Virus record (IMG/VR): IMGVR_UViG_3300007640_005613
Span: 1 to 31,580 of that record
Source: a virus
Taxonomy: Duplodnaviria > Caudoviricetes
DNA: 31,580 bases
Reading direction: 5' to 3' (one strand)
The notes under the pieces are model-generated. The model searched no databases. It was not told the DNA's origin and saw nothing but the letters and a program-made list of their open reading frames with translations. The position numbers were made by a program, and so were the translations under genes. The first letter of the stretch is position 1, and every line of letters begins with the position of its first letter. Positions 6,087 through 15,648 of the stretch are shown piece by piece.

Positions 6087-9000
6087 ATGCACCCTCAAAT
6101 ACCACAATTTAAACCTAATCCGAAATCGGGTGTCCCCAGCAAACTAGATGAAACTACGTTAATTGACTACTACAACAAATTAACGTCGCTAGGTTTTCAG
6201 GTTGTTGCTAAACGACGGACTGCTAAGTTTCCTATGCAAGCAAATTGGCAGAACTTACCACGCCATGAACTAGCAGGTAACATGCAATTGCAGTTACAAA
6301 GCAAAAATTCGGCTTCGGGCTGGTGCGTGGTAACAGGGCATAAATCTAACCTAGTGGTAGTTGATTTAGATTTTCAAAGTATACGTGACGGTGGTAATGA
6401 CCCAACAGACGTATATGAGAAGATTCAAGAACTTTCCCCTTGTAGTTTCGTCCTATCTACACCAACAGGGGGGCTACATTTATACTATCGCCCTATACCT
6501 GACAAGAAAATACGTAATAGAACAGATGCAGGGTATAAAGGGGTAGACGTTCGTGGTGACGGTGGTCAGGTTGTGTCTTTAGGTGGTTTTAACCGCTATG
6601 AGGATAACCACGAAAGTAAGGGTGTACCTTTTATGCATGAAGGTACATACGAGATGCTACCTGACGGTAACTATGATAGCTTACCACCTATGTCTGATGA
6701 CCTATATGTGTTCCTTTACGGTACTGATAAAGATGACGTACCTGCAGGGACGGCTTTCTCAGGTGATGCGATGGTATTTAACTATCGGCACACTGAAGAA
6801 GGTAACAAACGCATAGACGACCACTTTGCTGAACCGATGGCAAAACGTGAGCAAGTAGTTATCGAATGTATTGAAGTTATCTTTAACAAGTGGAAGCAAC
6901 TAAGCAACGATGAGTGGACACAGGTATGGATGTCCGCATTTCATGGTGCGCCTACCCAAGCGGTATTAGAAACCATTATAGAGAAAGCCCACTGGAAAGA
7001 TGGTGCTGTAGGTATACGTAACTTTCGTAAACGGTGGAACACACATCAGTGGCATGACGATGGGTACACTGTAGCGTCTTTGTTCTGGATTGCACGTAAA
7101 GCAGGATGGCTACGTACTACTAGCTACGAGATACCTGAACGGTACATAGAGTATTTTAACAAGCAGTATGTATCCGATTGGGTAGCAGAACAACCTACCC
7201 TACCTAAGCACTTACTGATTGAATCACAAACAGGTAGTGGTAAGACACAGGCGTTTAAGACTATATGGCTACGTCTAGGTAAACCTAAGACCGTTATCTT
7301 TGTACCTACCATTAAGTTAGCTACTGAACTGTACTATACACTAACTAACGAGCTACACCTACCTGCTACCCTATACCGTGATGATGATGCAGGTAAGACA
7401 ATTGCAGTAGACCTAATGAAGGACGCTACCATACTTGTAACTACCCTACAGACGTTCGCTACTAAGCTATACGATAGTGGTGTAGACATACGTACCTACG
7501 GGCTAGTGTACATAGAGGAGATAGACCAACTTATATCAGGGTTTGCGCTAGGTGGTGGCGGTGCTAGTAAACTAGGGTACAACTCACATGTAAGTGACAA
7601 GCAAGCTACGCTAGGGTTTAAGGTGCTACAGGATGCGTATGCTATGGCAGGACATGTGTACGGTGTAGATGCTACTATGTCACAGGTATCATCATCTCTA
7701 GCTTTTCAGATGACAAACCAGACAGTGAAGATTATACGTAACACCTACGTACATAAGAAAGCGCATGTAAAGTTCTTAAACGAAGCTAACGAAGCGTACC
7801 AGATAGCTTATGAAGCACTAGGTAGGGGTGAACGTGTAGTTATGATAGCGGACAAGGCTAGTAAGGCTAACGAAGCATATGAAGCTATGATAGCACTAGG
7901 TTGTGTTAAACCAGAAGAAGCTATCGTAATCAACAGGTACACTGCGGGTAAGAAACGTGTAGTCAAGTTTATGCAGGATGTAAACGCAGGTGCGGAGCAG
8001 TATAGGCTAGTTGTATATAACTCTATCATGGGGAGTGGTGTAAGTATAACTAAGGTAGTACCTGATACCATTGTACAGATATGTGAGTACCTACCACCAC
8101 GTAACAACCTACAGATGCTTAACCGCTACCGTAAGCAAAACAAAGTGTATGTATACATGGCTAAGTCAGAGAAGTTATACGTACATACGGCTAAGGATAT
8201 ACTAAACCGTGCTAGAGAGTTTGTAGACATAGAGTCTGGCTTAGTACGTCTACCTGCTATAGACCGTAGTAAGGTAGCTAAGACTAGAGATAGCCTAGCT
8301 AGTATATCTATAGCAGATAAGCAAGCGCAGTGGCGGTCACCCTACATTATGTATCAGTCTTTGTTAGAACAGGACGGACGTACATATACAACAACAGACG
8401 TTGTACTAGAAGGTGACCTACAGCATACAATAAAGGATGTACGTAAGATACAAAAAGAGAAAGCTAAGTACATAAACGCTAATTGGCATACAGTACGACC
8501 TGTTACACAGGACGACCCTGCTACTGCGGATATGTCGGACATGGAAGTAGCACTAGGGTTACAGCATGGTAAGATATACAAAGTATTAAAAGGTAACGTA
8601 CCAGATGTATTGACAACAGAACATGCAGAGTACATTAGTGAGGTTGTTAAAACTTTAAAATCTCACGGGTATGCGTTAAGTGAGTTTATGGAGCAAGAGA
8701 AAGCGTTAAATCGTTCCGAACGATTTTTGCTTAACAGCGACAAGCCATTTACCTCGCTAAATGGTAGCGTGGCTAAGATTACTGCGGTGTCTATGTTGTC
8801 TATGCTGTACACCGATATGCGACAGGCTATTACGGACGTAGAGTTAGCAGAGATTGCACCTAAGTTCGTAGATGAGATACGGTTAAAAAAGCAACTGTAC
8901 AATTCAGTTGTGGGTAGAACACGAGAACATTTTGAAGCTATTTACGACCCAGAAGATATACCGAACACTGCGATTAAATTAGCCAAGACCCTTTTACGCC

Positions 9001-9308
9001 AGATAGGGTTAAAGCAAAAGAAAAAGCGTGTCCGTAAATCAGGGGTTGCATACCAGATAGAGATAGATAACATTGGTATGGTAGAAGATTTTTTAGCATG
9101 GCGTAATGCAGATAGTCCAGAATTTAAAATCACGTATACATTTAATACAAAAACGATTGAAGATGAATTGAACAAGCGTAAGTCAGCAGATGAAATATTT
9201 GCAGATATGAGTGATGGAGATGTAGAACGGGTGTTGAATATGATGAAAGAGGAACGGTGTGCATTTGAATATGCTGTGAACACCGTACATTCAGGTGTAC
9301 TGATGTAA
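6087..9308 (+). CDS. Bifunctional primase-polymerase + PriCT-2 + superfamily-2 helicase (origin-binding-like) replication protein
   Basis: Prim-Pol motifs VVDLD, TPTGGLHLYY, GVDVRGDGGQVV. PriCT-2-like NDEWTQVWMS...TVASLFWIARKAGW. Walker A SQTGSGKT, Walker B YIEEID, motif III DAT, motif V GSGVSI, motif VI QMLNRYR. Confidence 0.88.
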   Translation: MHPQIPQFKPNPKSGVPSKLDETTLIDYYNKLTSLGFQVVAKRRTAKFPMQANWQNLPRHELAGNMQLQLQSKNSASGWCVVTGHKSNLVVVDLDFQSIRDGGNDPTDVYEKIQELSPCSFVLSTPTGGLHLYYRPIPDKKIRNRTDAGYKGVDVRGDGGQVVSLGGFNRYEDNHESKGVPFMHEGTYEMLPDGNYDSLPPMSDDLYVFLYGTDKDDVPAGTAFSGDAMVFNYRHTEEGNKRIDDHFAEPMAKREQVVIECIEVIFNKWKQLSNDEWTQVWMSAFHGAPTQAVLETIIEKAHWKDGAVGIRNFRKRWNTHQWHDDGYTVASLFWIARKAGWLRTTSYEIPERYIEYFNKQYVSDWVAEQPTLPKHLLIESQTGSGKTQAFKTIWLRLGKPKTVIFVPTIKLATELYYTLTNELHLPATLYRDDDAGKTIAVDLMKDATILVTTLQTFATKLYDSGVDIRTYGLVYIEEIDQLISGFALGGGGASKLGYNSHVSDKQATLGFKVLQDAYAMAGHVYGVDATMSQVSSSLAFQMTNQTVKIIRNTYVHKKAHVKFLNEANEAYQIAYEALGRGERVVMIADKASKANEAYEAMIALGCVKPEEAIVINRYTAGKKRVVKFMQDVNAGAEQYRLVVYNSIMGSGVSITKVVPDTIVQICEYLPPRNNLQMLNRYRKQNKVYVYMAKSEKLYVHTAKDILNRAREFVDIESGLVRLPAIDRSKVAKTRDSLASISIADKQAQWRSPYIMYQSLLEQDGRTYTTTDVVLEGDLQHTIKDVRKIQKEKAKYINANWHTVRPVTQDDPATADMSDMEVALGLQHGKIYKVLKGNVPDVLTTEHAEYISEVVKTLKSHGYALSEFMEQEKALNRSERFLLNSDKPFTSLNGSVAKITAVSMLSMLYTDMRQAITDVELAEIAPKFVDEIRLKKQLYNSVVGRTREHFEAIYDPEDIPNTAIKLAKTLLRQIGLKQKKKRVRKSGVAYQIEIDNIGMVEDFLAWRNADSPEFKITYTFNTKTIEDELNKRKSADEIFADMSDGDVERVLNMMKEERCAFEYAVNTVHSGVLM

Positions 9309-9310
9309 CA

Positions 9311-9339
9311 TTGACATTCAGTGTTGACGTTGTTATAGT
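9311..9339 (+). promoter_or_regulatory. Sigma70 promoter, extended -10
   Basis: TTGACA (9311-9316), 17 nt, TG-t-TATAGT (9334-9339). Confidence 0.75.
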
Positions 9340-9357
9340 AAACTAAAAAGGTGTTGC

Positions 9358-9726
9358 ATGTTATACGAGTATCCATACGGTAACAGGAACATATTTACAG
9401 GGATGACTAAGCAGTTTTTACTGCGGGGTCATCCTTACGCATGGTGTTTATGGAGAGAGTTACAAAATGACTCTACTTATAAATACAAACAGGTTGCTCA
9501 GGGTAAGTATGTCGAACGTGACAAGGTAGAATTACAGACAGAAATACGAGAAGCATTTGAGTTACATAATATTAGCTACATTATGCCTGCTGGTGACTTT
9601 CGTATTTACATGGCATTTGACACATGGGATGACACGACCCCATATTTCGTATATATGATGGATGGGTTTTCGGTAGCCCATAAATACCGACAAATTAACT
9701 ACAAAGATGATTGGGGTATCCTATGA
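9358..9726 (+). CDS. Hypothetical protein
   Basis: 122 aa after a promoter and SD AAGGTG; ATGA overlap with the next gene. Confidence 0.7.
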   Translation: MLYEYPYGNRNIFTGMTKQFLLRGHPYAWCLWRELQNDSTYKYKQVAQGKYVERDKVELQTEIREAFELHNISYIMPAGDFRIYMAFDTWDDTTPYFVYMMDGFSVAHKYRQINYKDDWGIL

Positions 9727-10331
9727 CATTACAGTATCGTTTAGTACCGATGTTACAAACTGAGCCACCTAAAGCGTCTCCTGTACACGTTACAGAAGTA
9801 TCTGATTTTATGTTAATCAGTTACATAGAAAACGTACAAGCGGACTTTATAGACCCAGAGACAGATGAAATAATTGATAGCCAGAACTTAAACATGGTGA
9901 CAGTTGTTACATATTGGCTTGAACAACCTATGCGTTACCACCTACTTGTTGTAGTAGACCCCATAACTGACGTATCTACACTACATTCAGAAGAAGATGC
10001 AATTGCGTACAGTCAGTTTATCCATCAAGAATTTGAGAACTATATGGTAGGAGAATCTTCTGAGTTTCCAAAGTATCGTGCATTAGGTTGGCTACTTGTA
10101 CCTGCCACTGCTGCAATAGACATCAAAATGGCAGAGGAACGCGCGTATAACATGGCTAAACTAGATGGTGATCATGATTACGATGCTACAGTGGTATGGG
10201 CAGAGTTAGACGGTATTTTATTAGAGTCTGAACCCCCTCTTGAAGAAACTCCTCCACCTGATATACAATTAAATAAGTCTATAACAGACTTTTTAGATAA
10301 ATTGGAAGGTAGCGATGACAAGCATGAGTGA
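9723..10331 (+). CDS. Hypothetical acidic protein
   Basis: ORF 9711..10331; likely start is ATG 9723 (ATGA overlap, GGGG SD). Confidence 0.72.
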   Translation: MTLQYRLVPMLQTEPPKASPVHVTEVSDFMLISYIENVQADFIDPETDEIIDSQNLNMVTVVTYWLEQPMRYHLLVVVDPITDVSTLHSEEDAIAYSQFIHQEFENYMVGESSEFPKYRALGWLLVPATAAIDIKMAEERAYNMAKLDGDHDYDATVVWAELDGILLESEPPLEETPPPDIQLNKSITDFLDKLEGSDDKHE

Positions 10332-11010
10332 TGAGATAAACAATATTAATAAAGTAGCATCTGACCACGCTGAACGTATCACAAAAGATACTGGCGAGCG
10401 TGAGGTCAACCCAGCATCAGGTTTTCGCCGTGACGTGCAGGATGACAAGTTTAAGTTTAGCGAGCATGGTATCGTACTCATTGAAGAGTTTTTGAAATAT
10501 CAGGGGGTAGACAATCGAGAATACCTTAACACAGACTATGACCCACTGGTAGATGAAGGTGACGTATCATTAATTCACCCACTACTATTAAATCGGCTAC
10601 AATCATTGTTGTATCGTGGTGCTGAAAAGTACGGTGAAGGTAATTGGGAACGTGGTGACTATATGTCACGTACCTTTGACAGTCTAGTACGTCACATGTT
10701 GCAATTTTACTTGGGCGACACTAGCGAAGACCACCTAGCAGCGATTGTGTTTAATACAATGTGTTTAATGGTGTATGAACACAACATCCAGCATGAGCTA
10801 CCATTTTTTGACGAGGATGGTAATGCACTTGGGTATTTTAAAGAGTTTGCGGACATCGGTGCGTTGTGGTTAGACGATGAGAAATACGACATGCCACATG
10901 GTAGCTCAGAAATGGACATTGACGCAGAAGATACAATGACACAATCTACTGTATCTATGAATTACGGCGTTGGCGACATCCTCAACATATTTAACAACTT
11001 AGACCAATAA
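10324..11010 (+). CDS. dATP/dGTP diphosphohydrolase-domain protein (DUF5664-like)
   Basis: GAEKYGEGNWERG...FDSLVRH...EDHLAAIVFN signature. Start is 10324 or 10315. Confidence 0.82.
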   Translation: MSDEINNINKVASDHAERITKDTGEREVNPASGFRRDVQDDKFKFSEHGIVLIEEFLKYQGVDNREYLNTDYDPLVDEGDVSLIHPLLLNRLQSLLYRGAEKYGEGNWERGDYMSRTFDSLVRHMLQFYLGDTSEDHLAAIVFNTMCLMVYEHNIQHELPFFDEDGNALGYFKEFADIGALWLDDEKYDMPHGSSEMDIDAEDTMTQSTVSMNYGVGDILNIFNNLDQ

Positions 11011-11018
11011 GGTTAACT

Positions 11019-11750
11019 ATGACAAATAGCCCCATCGGAAAGCGTGTAGATGTACTGGATAAAGGTTGGATTGAACTCGTGGATGTTATGCCACATCCTG
11101 ATAGCAACGTCAGTGGTGATCTAGCAATCGTAAACGCGGCACGTGTAAGTTTCTTAGGCGAGAGCAAAGGTGATGTACAGGACAAAAAACTGTTGTTTTA
11201 TTTGCTACGCAACCGTCACACGACACCATTTGAGATGGTAGAGTTTAAGTTTCGTGTACGTGCGCCACTTGTGACATGGTGGCAATGGGCACGTCACCGT
11301 ACTTGGAGTTTTAATGCACAGTCAGGTCGGTATACACCGTTTGATGAAAACGACTTTTACGTACCAGACGTATGGCGTAAACAATCTAAGGATAACAAGC
11401 AAGCTAGTGAGGGTGAAGTTAACCAGTGGGTAAATACTGAGCTTAACTCTAGACTATCTAAGCACTATGAAGATGCGTATGCTGAGTATGAACATGCGTT
11501 AAAAGTAGGGGTGTCTAAAGAGATGGCACGTCTGTTCTTGCCAGCGTTCGGTGTCTACTATACATGGGTAGTTAAAGTAGATGCACATAACTTGATGCAC
11601 TTTTTGAAACTACGCATGGCAGATGAAGCACAATATGAGATAAGGGTGTATGCAGAAGCAATCTATGAACACTTCTTTAAACCTACTCTGTCGTGGACAG
11701 CAGAGGCGTTTGAGAAGTATATGCTACACACCGTTATCGTTGACAAATAA
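11019..11750 (+). CDS. thyX: FAD-dependent thymidylate synthase
   Basis: AARVS, HTTPFE, ThyX motif RHRTWSFNAQSGRY, KEMARLFLP, AQYEIR. Confidence 0.96.
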   Translation: MTNSPIGKRVDVLDKGWIELVDVMPHPDSNVSGDLAIVNAARVSFLGESKGDVQDKKLLFYLLRNRHTTPFEMVEFKFRVRAPLVTWWQWARHRTWSFNAQSGRYTPFDENDFYVPDVWRKQSKDNKQASEGEVNQWVNTELNSRLSKHYEDAYAEYEHALKVGVSKEMARLFLPAFGVYYTWVVKVDAHNLMHFLKLRMADEAQYEIRVYAEAIYEHFFKPTLSWTAEAFEKYMLHTVIVDK

Positions 11751-11767
11751 GTTAAGCATGTTATAGT
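11740..11767 (+). promoter_or_regulatory. Sigma70 promoter for the packaging genes
   Basis: TTGACA (11740-11745, within the last thyX codons), 16 nt, TG-t-TATAGT (11762-11767). Confidence 0.65.
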
Positions 11768-11771
11768 ATGT

Positions 11772-11808
11772 AATAGCCACTACTAATAGTGGCTATTTGT
11801 GTTTTATA
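11772..11808 (+). terminator. Hairpin, terminator or attenuator candidate
   Basis: AATAGCCACTA-CTAA-TAGTGGCTATT, an 11-bp perfect stem, followed by TGTGTTTT. Confidence 0.6.
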
Positions 11809-11821
11809 TTATGGGGCAGGT

Positions 11822-12388
11822 ATGAACGAATTAGATTATAACGCTTATGCTGAGTTTTTTGACCGCCCAATGACAGACCCAAAAGAAAGTCCAAAACAGT
11901 TTGCACGTTACATGTTGTATCGTAACATGCCAAAGCACGAACGGTCAGTAAAACTTGCATGTGAGCTACTTAACGAGAAAGGCGACGATGTAGCTTGGAA
12001 AACGCTTAAGAACACGTCGCAAAAATTCCACTGGACAGACCGAGTAAAAGCCTACGAGATACACATGGCTAACCTCGAGATTGAGGTATTAGAAACAAAC
12101 TTAGAACAAGCGGTAGATTACGTATACGGGCAAGAAGATATAGAACTTGTGATGGCAACCCGTATGATTCAGCGTATGCTAGGGGCGCAAAGTGGTATTA
12201 ACTTTGATAATATGGACGGGGAGGAGTTACAGAAAGTAACACAAACTGCACAACGCCTAATTAACTCACTAGATAAACTACAATCTATGCGTAGACGACG
12301 GGCAGGACTTCCTACTAACTATATTACAAAGGAAGCAGAGCCACAAGACTTTGAAAACCAAACGTTTATCATCGGTGGGGGTAATTAA
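11822..12388 (+). CDS. terS: Putative terminase small subunit
   Basis: Directly upstream of and coupled (TAATG) to TerL. ESPKQF...YR...RS...WTDRVKAYE HTH-type N-terminus. Start is ATG 11822 (the GTG at 11789 lies inside the hairpin). Confidence 0.7.
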   Translation: MNELDYNAYAEFFDRPMTDPKESPKQFARYMLYRNMPKHERSVKLACELLNEKGDDVAWKTLKNTSQKFHWTDRVKAYEIHMANLEIEVLETNLEQAVDYVYGQEDIELVMATRMIQRMLGAQSGINFDNMDGEELQKVTQTAQRLINSLDKLQSMRRRRAGLPTNYITKEAEPQDFENQTFIIGGGN

Positions 12389-13902
12389 TGTGGTATCAAG
12401 ATCATTTGTTAAAAGGTAAGCGTCACAGGTTTTACAAAAACTTAGAATGGGGTATGCGACCCTACGAGAAACAGCAAGAGGTTGTAGATTACCTCTGGGG
12501 ACACCGCAGAAACAGCAAAGGTGGATTATATAAATTCTTTTTAGCTGTATTTGGTCGTCAGTCAGGTAAATCATTCTTAGGTAAATACGTCGCGCTTAGA
12601 CGGTCTATTGAGTTCTCCCATAAAGTAATGTGGGTAGCTCCGACATCTAAAAATATGCGTAGTCACTGGAACGAATTAAAACAGTTAATACTAGATGCAG
12701 GTATTCCCTACGTGAAAATCAGTGAGGTAGACAAAGAGATTAGCTTTCACGGTGGTGGGTTTATCCGTGTGCGTTCGGCTTTGGAAGGTGACGGCTTACG
12801 TGGTGGTACAATGGATTTAATTATTTTAGATGAAGCTGCATTTTATGAAAGCGGTAAAGGAGTTTACTATAGTATTATTCTACCTATGGTGACGGCTAGT
12901 GGTGGGCAAATATTGTTTACAACAACACCAAACGGGCGTAATTATGTCTATGACTTGTTTCAACTAGGCTTAAACAACAAAGATGATTTACATATTAGTT
13001 GGCACATGAAATCTATGGATAGTCCGTACCAAGACAAGGAAGTTTTAAAAGCTATTAAGCGTACAATGCCTAACATGCAGTGGCGAGAAGAGTTTGAAGC
13101 TGAGTTCTTGTCTGATAGCGGTGGTGTGTTCGCAGGTGTTGACCGCGCCAGTGTTGTGCCTATGCAAACTGAACCTGTACCTAATGGTATCTACAGCATG
13201 GGTGTCGATTGGGGAGATATTAAAGATTTTACTTGTGTGACGATTATTAATACACTGACAGGTGAACAGGTGTTTGGTACACGATTTACAGGCATTGGCA
13301 CAAAGTACCAGCTTGAACGTATTATCAACTTAATGTACCACTGGCAACCTGACCATGTCTATGTAGAACGTAATGGTATGGGTCAGACTTACTATAAATT
13401 GCTTGTAGAGACAGTACAGAACAAAATACCACTAGATGAATTAATTAACAGCATAGATGATAGCGACCTTTTAGATAATGCGTTTAATGACAAATTTGAA
13501 TGGTGGGATACGTCAAAAGAGTTCGGTAAGAAAATTATGATTCATGGCGTACATGTTGATAATCGTAACAAACGAGAGATGGTAGAGTCTGCTGCAAGTC
13601 ACATTGAGTACGGGCGTTTACGACTGTTAGCAGAAGGTGAAAACGTTCAAGATTACGGTAACGTACAAAAGTCTGAACTATCCACCTTTGAACGTAAGCG
13701 TACCGCTATAGGTAACGTCACATATGGCGCATCTGACGAGAACCATGATGATACGGTATCCGCTTTAATTTTAGCGGCACGTGGGCTACCTAAACCGCAG
13801 ATGATAGATAAGCAAGCATCAAAAAAAGTATCTGACATAAAACAAAGTAACAAGAACCCGTTCCGTCAAAAAAGTAAAAGTCGTATCGCAAATAGGAGAT
13901 AA
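12388..13902 (+). CDS. terL: Terminase large subunit
   Basis: Walker A GRQSGKS, LRG, Walker B IILDEAA, TTPNGRN, RNase-H-like nuclease GVDWG...HDDTVSA. Confidence 0.96.
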   Translation: MWYQDHLLKGKRHRFYKNLEWGMRPYEKQQEVVDYLWGHRRNSKGGLYKFFLAVFGRQSGKSFLGKYVALRRSIEFSHKVMWVAPTSKNMRSHWNELKQLILDAGIPYVKISEVDKEISFHGGGFIRVRSALEGDGLRGGTMDLIILDEAAFYESGKGVYYSIILPMVTASGGQILFTTTPNGRNYVYDLFQLGLNNKDDLHISWHMKSMDSPYQDKEVLKAIKRTMPNMQWREEFEAEFLSDSGGVFAGVDRASVVPMQTEPVPNGIYSMGVDWGDIKDFTCVTIINTLTGEQVFGTRFTGIGTKYQLERIINLMYHWQPDHVYVERNGMGQTYYKLLVETVQNKIPLDELINSIDDSDLLDNAFNDKFEWWDTSKEFGKKIMIHGVHVDNRNKREMVESAASHIEYGRLRLLAEGENVQDYGNVQKSELSTFERKRTAIGNVTYGASDENHDDTVSALILAARGLPKPQMIDKQASKKVSDIKQSNKNPFRQKSKSRIANRR

Positions 13903-13903
13903 C

Positions 13904-15442
13904 ATGCCAGCAGTATTTGAGTATACACCGCCTACGTCTAAACTGAGAAATCAGTTTCAGACAGAGGTAGTACGAGAACGCCAAACCAGAGAAAAAGATT
14001 ATAAGACCGCATTAAAATATTACTTAGGTGAGCATGATGCTATGCTCAAATTCGATAAAGACGTAAACGATGTTGATGACAATGTTATCATTAACATGGT
14101 TAAGATGACAGCAGACCGTACAGCAACATTTTTGTTTCCAAGTGTCCCTGCTATTGAACTAGACCCATCGTCAGTAGAACGCACTGAAGAAGAAATATGG
14201 GTAGATAATTTTCTTGAGTTTAACGGTGGGCTAAAACTATTTAACAAGTGGGCGTTACGTGGTTTTCTTGCAGGTCATACGTTTATGCGTGTACGTCCTA
14301 AGCGAGTATCAGCTTTTCGGGAAACCTACCCACGTATAAATTTGATAGACCCATTGTCCGTCACTATTTATTGGTCAGTCAACGACCCTGACGAGGTGGT
14401 ATGGTACGAGATACGGACATTAACAGGTGAGCAAGTTCACATTTACGACTATGTACATGACTTAGACACAGACACGTGGACTATTTACCACTACGCTAGT
14501 TTGAAAAAGCCACTAAACCCGTTAGACAATATTGTCGAAACGATTACACAGCAAGCCTACACAGATTACAAAGGTGCGTTAGACCGTATCACGTTTGGTG
14601 ACGATGGTTGGTCACTAGAAGATGTCAGTGAGTTCCCTGACGTAGGTATTCCACCGATTATCGAAACTGCACACCTGCCACACCCTACAGGGCGTTATGG
14701 TTTACATGAAGTTGGGCTAAAAGAACTACAAGACACAATTAATCTAGTTGCTTCTTTACGTAATGGTGTAGCACGTGAGTCAGGCGTTCCTATTGATGTT
14801 ATTCTCGGCGCAGGTATCGGTGACGTAGATAACAAAGACGACATCTGGGTTGTAGACAATCCAAACGCATCAGTAGAACGGCTACAACTACGAGGTGACG
14901 TACAATCCCTTAACAGTATGCTAGAAACACTGATGGAAACGTACTTGTCGATTAGCCGTGTTGTTCTCCTTAAAGGTGAAGCTAAAGATTTGCAACGTGT
15001 GACAAACGCCGCAGTTCGTACATTGTTCCTCGACCAGATTGCTAAAAATGGGGTACTACAATCTGCGTATGGGTCATCGTTACAGCAACTTATTAAGTTA
15101 GGTATTAAAATGTCTGAACTACCAACCGCAGGAGCTGACCACGACGTAATGATTAAGTTCCCGAACTCACTGCCAACTGATTACACAGAACTGGCTAACC
15201 AACTGGCAATCATCCATAACATTGGTGCTGTATCGAAACGTACTGTCGCTACTGAGATGGGTATGAACTGGGAATTTGAACGTGCTACGATGGAAACCGA
15301 ACACGCTGATAATATGGAACGTCAACGTCAGCAGATGGAATTGGTTCAATCTATGCAACCAGAACAACCTAATAACGATAACAATAACGATAACAATAAC
15401 GAAAGTAATAACACAAATAACAACAATAATTTGACATCGTAA
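13904..15442 (+). CDS. Portal protein (SPP1 gp6-like)
   Basis: Follows TerL; 512 aa. YYLGEH...INMVKMTAD N-terminus, LQDTIN, and C-terminal IKFPNSLP...SKRT pattern. Confidence 0.88.
   Translation: MPAVFEYTPPTSKLRNQFQTEVVRERQTREKDYKTALKYYLGEHDAMLKFDKDVNDVDDNVIINMVKMTADRTATFLFPSVPAIELDPSSVERTEEEIWVDNFLEFNGGLKLFNKWALRGFLAGHTFMRVRPKRVSAFRETYPRINLIDPLSVTIYWSVNDPDEVVWYEIRTLTGEQVHIYDYVHDLDTDTWTIYHYASLKKPLNPLDNIVETITQQAYTDYKGALDRITFGDDGWSLEDVSEFPDVGIPPIIETAHLPHPTGRYGLHEVGLKELQDTINLVASLRNGVARESGVPIDVILGAGIGDVDNKDDIWVVDNPNASVERLQLRGDVQSLNSMLETLMETYLSISRVVLLKGEAKDLQRVTNAAVRTLFLDQIAKNGVLQSAYGSSLQQLIKLGIKMSELPTAGADHDVMIKFPNSLPTDYTELANQLAIIHNIGAVSKRTVATEMGMNWEFERATMETEHADNMERQRQQMELVQSMQPEQPNNDNNNDNNNESNNTNNNNNLTS
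15370..15430 (+). repeat. AAY/GAY trinucleotide low-complexity repeat (Asn-rich portal tail)
   Basis: Encodes NNDNNNDNNNESNNTNNNNN. Confidence 0.8.
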
Positions 15443-15458
15443 CATATCATGTTATACT
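15431..15458 (+). promoter_or_regulatory. Sigma70 promoter for the head genes
   Basis: TTGACA (15431-15436, last portal codons), 16 nt, TG-t-TATACT (15453-15458). Contains the palindrome TAACAT-atc-ATGTTA. Confidence 0.7.
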
Positions 15459-15480
15459 GTAATATGATGGGGCGGTCTAT

Positions 15481-15520
15481 GACTGAAAATGGGTTAGCCT
15501 AGTGGCGACCCATTTTAGTT
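15481..15520 (+). other. Long hairpin in the scaffold/capsid leader
   Basis: AAAATGGGT/ACCCATTTT stem, extended inward by GCC-TAGT-GGC and outward by GACT/AGTT. Confidence 0.6.
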
Positions 15521-15648
15521 ATTACTCTAGCTAGGTAATACCCCTATCTACTATAAAACAATGGTATTGTATATAGTATTAAAAATCAATATATAAATCG
15601 AAAACAAGTGTTTTCCGCAATGGCACAAGTGTGCGAAAGGTAGTATCC

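Noticed and set aside
10324-11010. 2-aminoadenine (Z) genome pathway
   Set aside because: Only the dATP/dGTP diphosphohydrolase-like domain is present. There is no PurZ, HD-family dATPase or DNA polymerase in the window, and the domain is common in non-Z phages.
13410-13535. Intein or intron in TerL (acidic ~40-aa insertion)
   Set aside because: Too short, no C/S...HN splice motifs, and the frame is continuous; probably a loop insertion.
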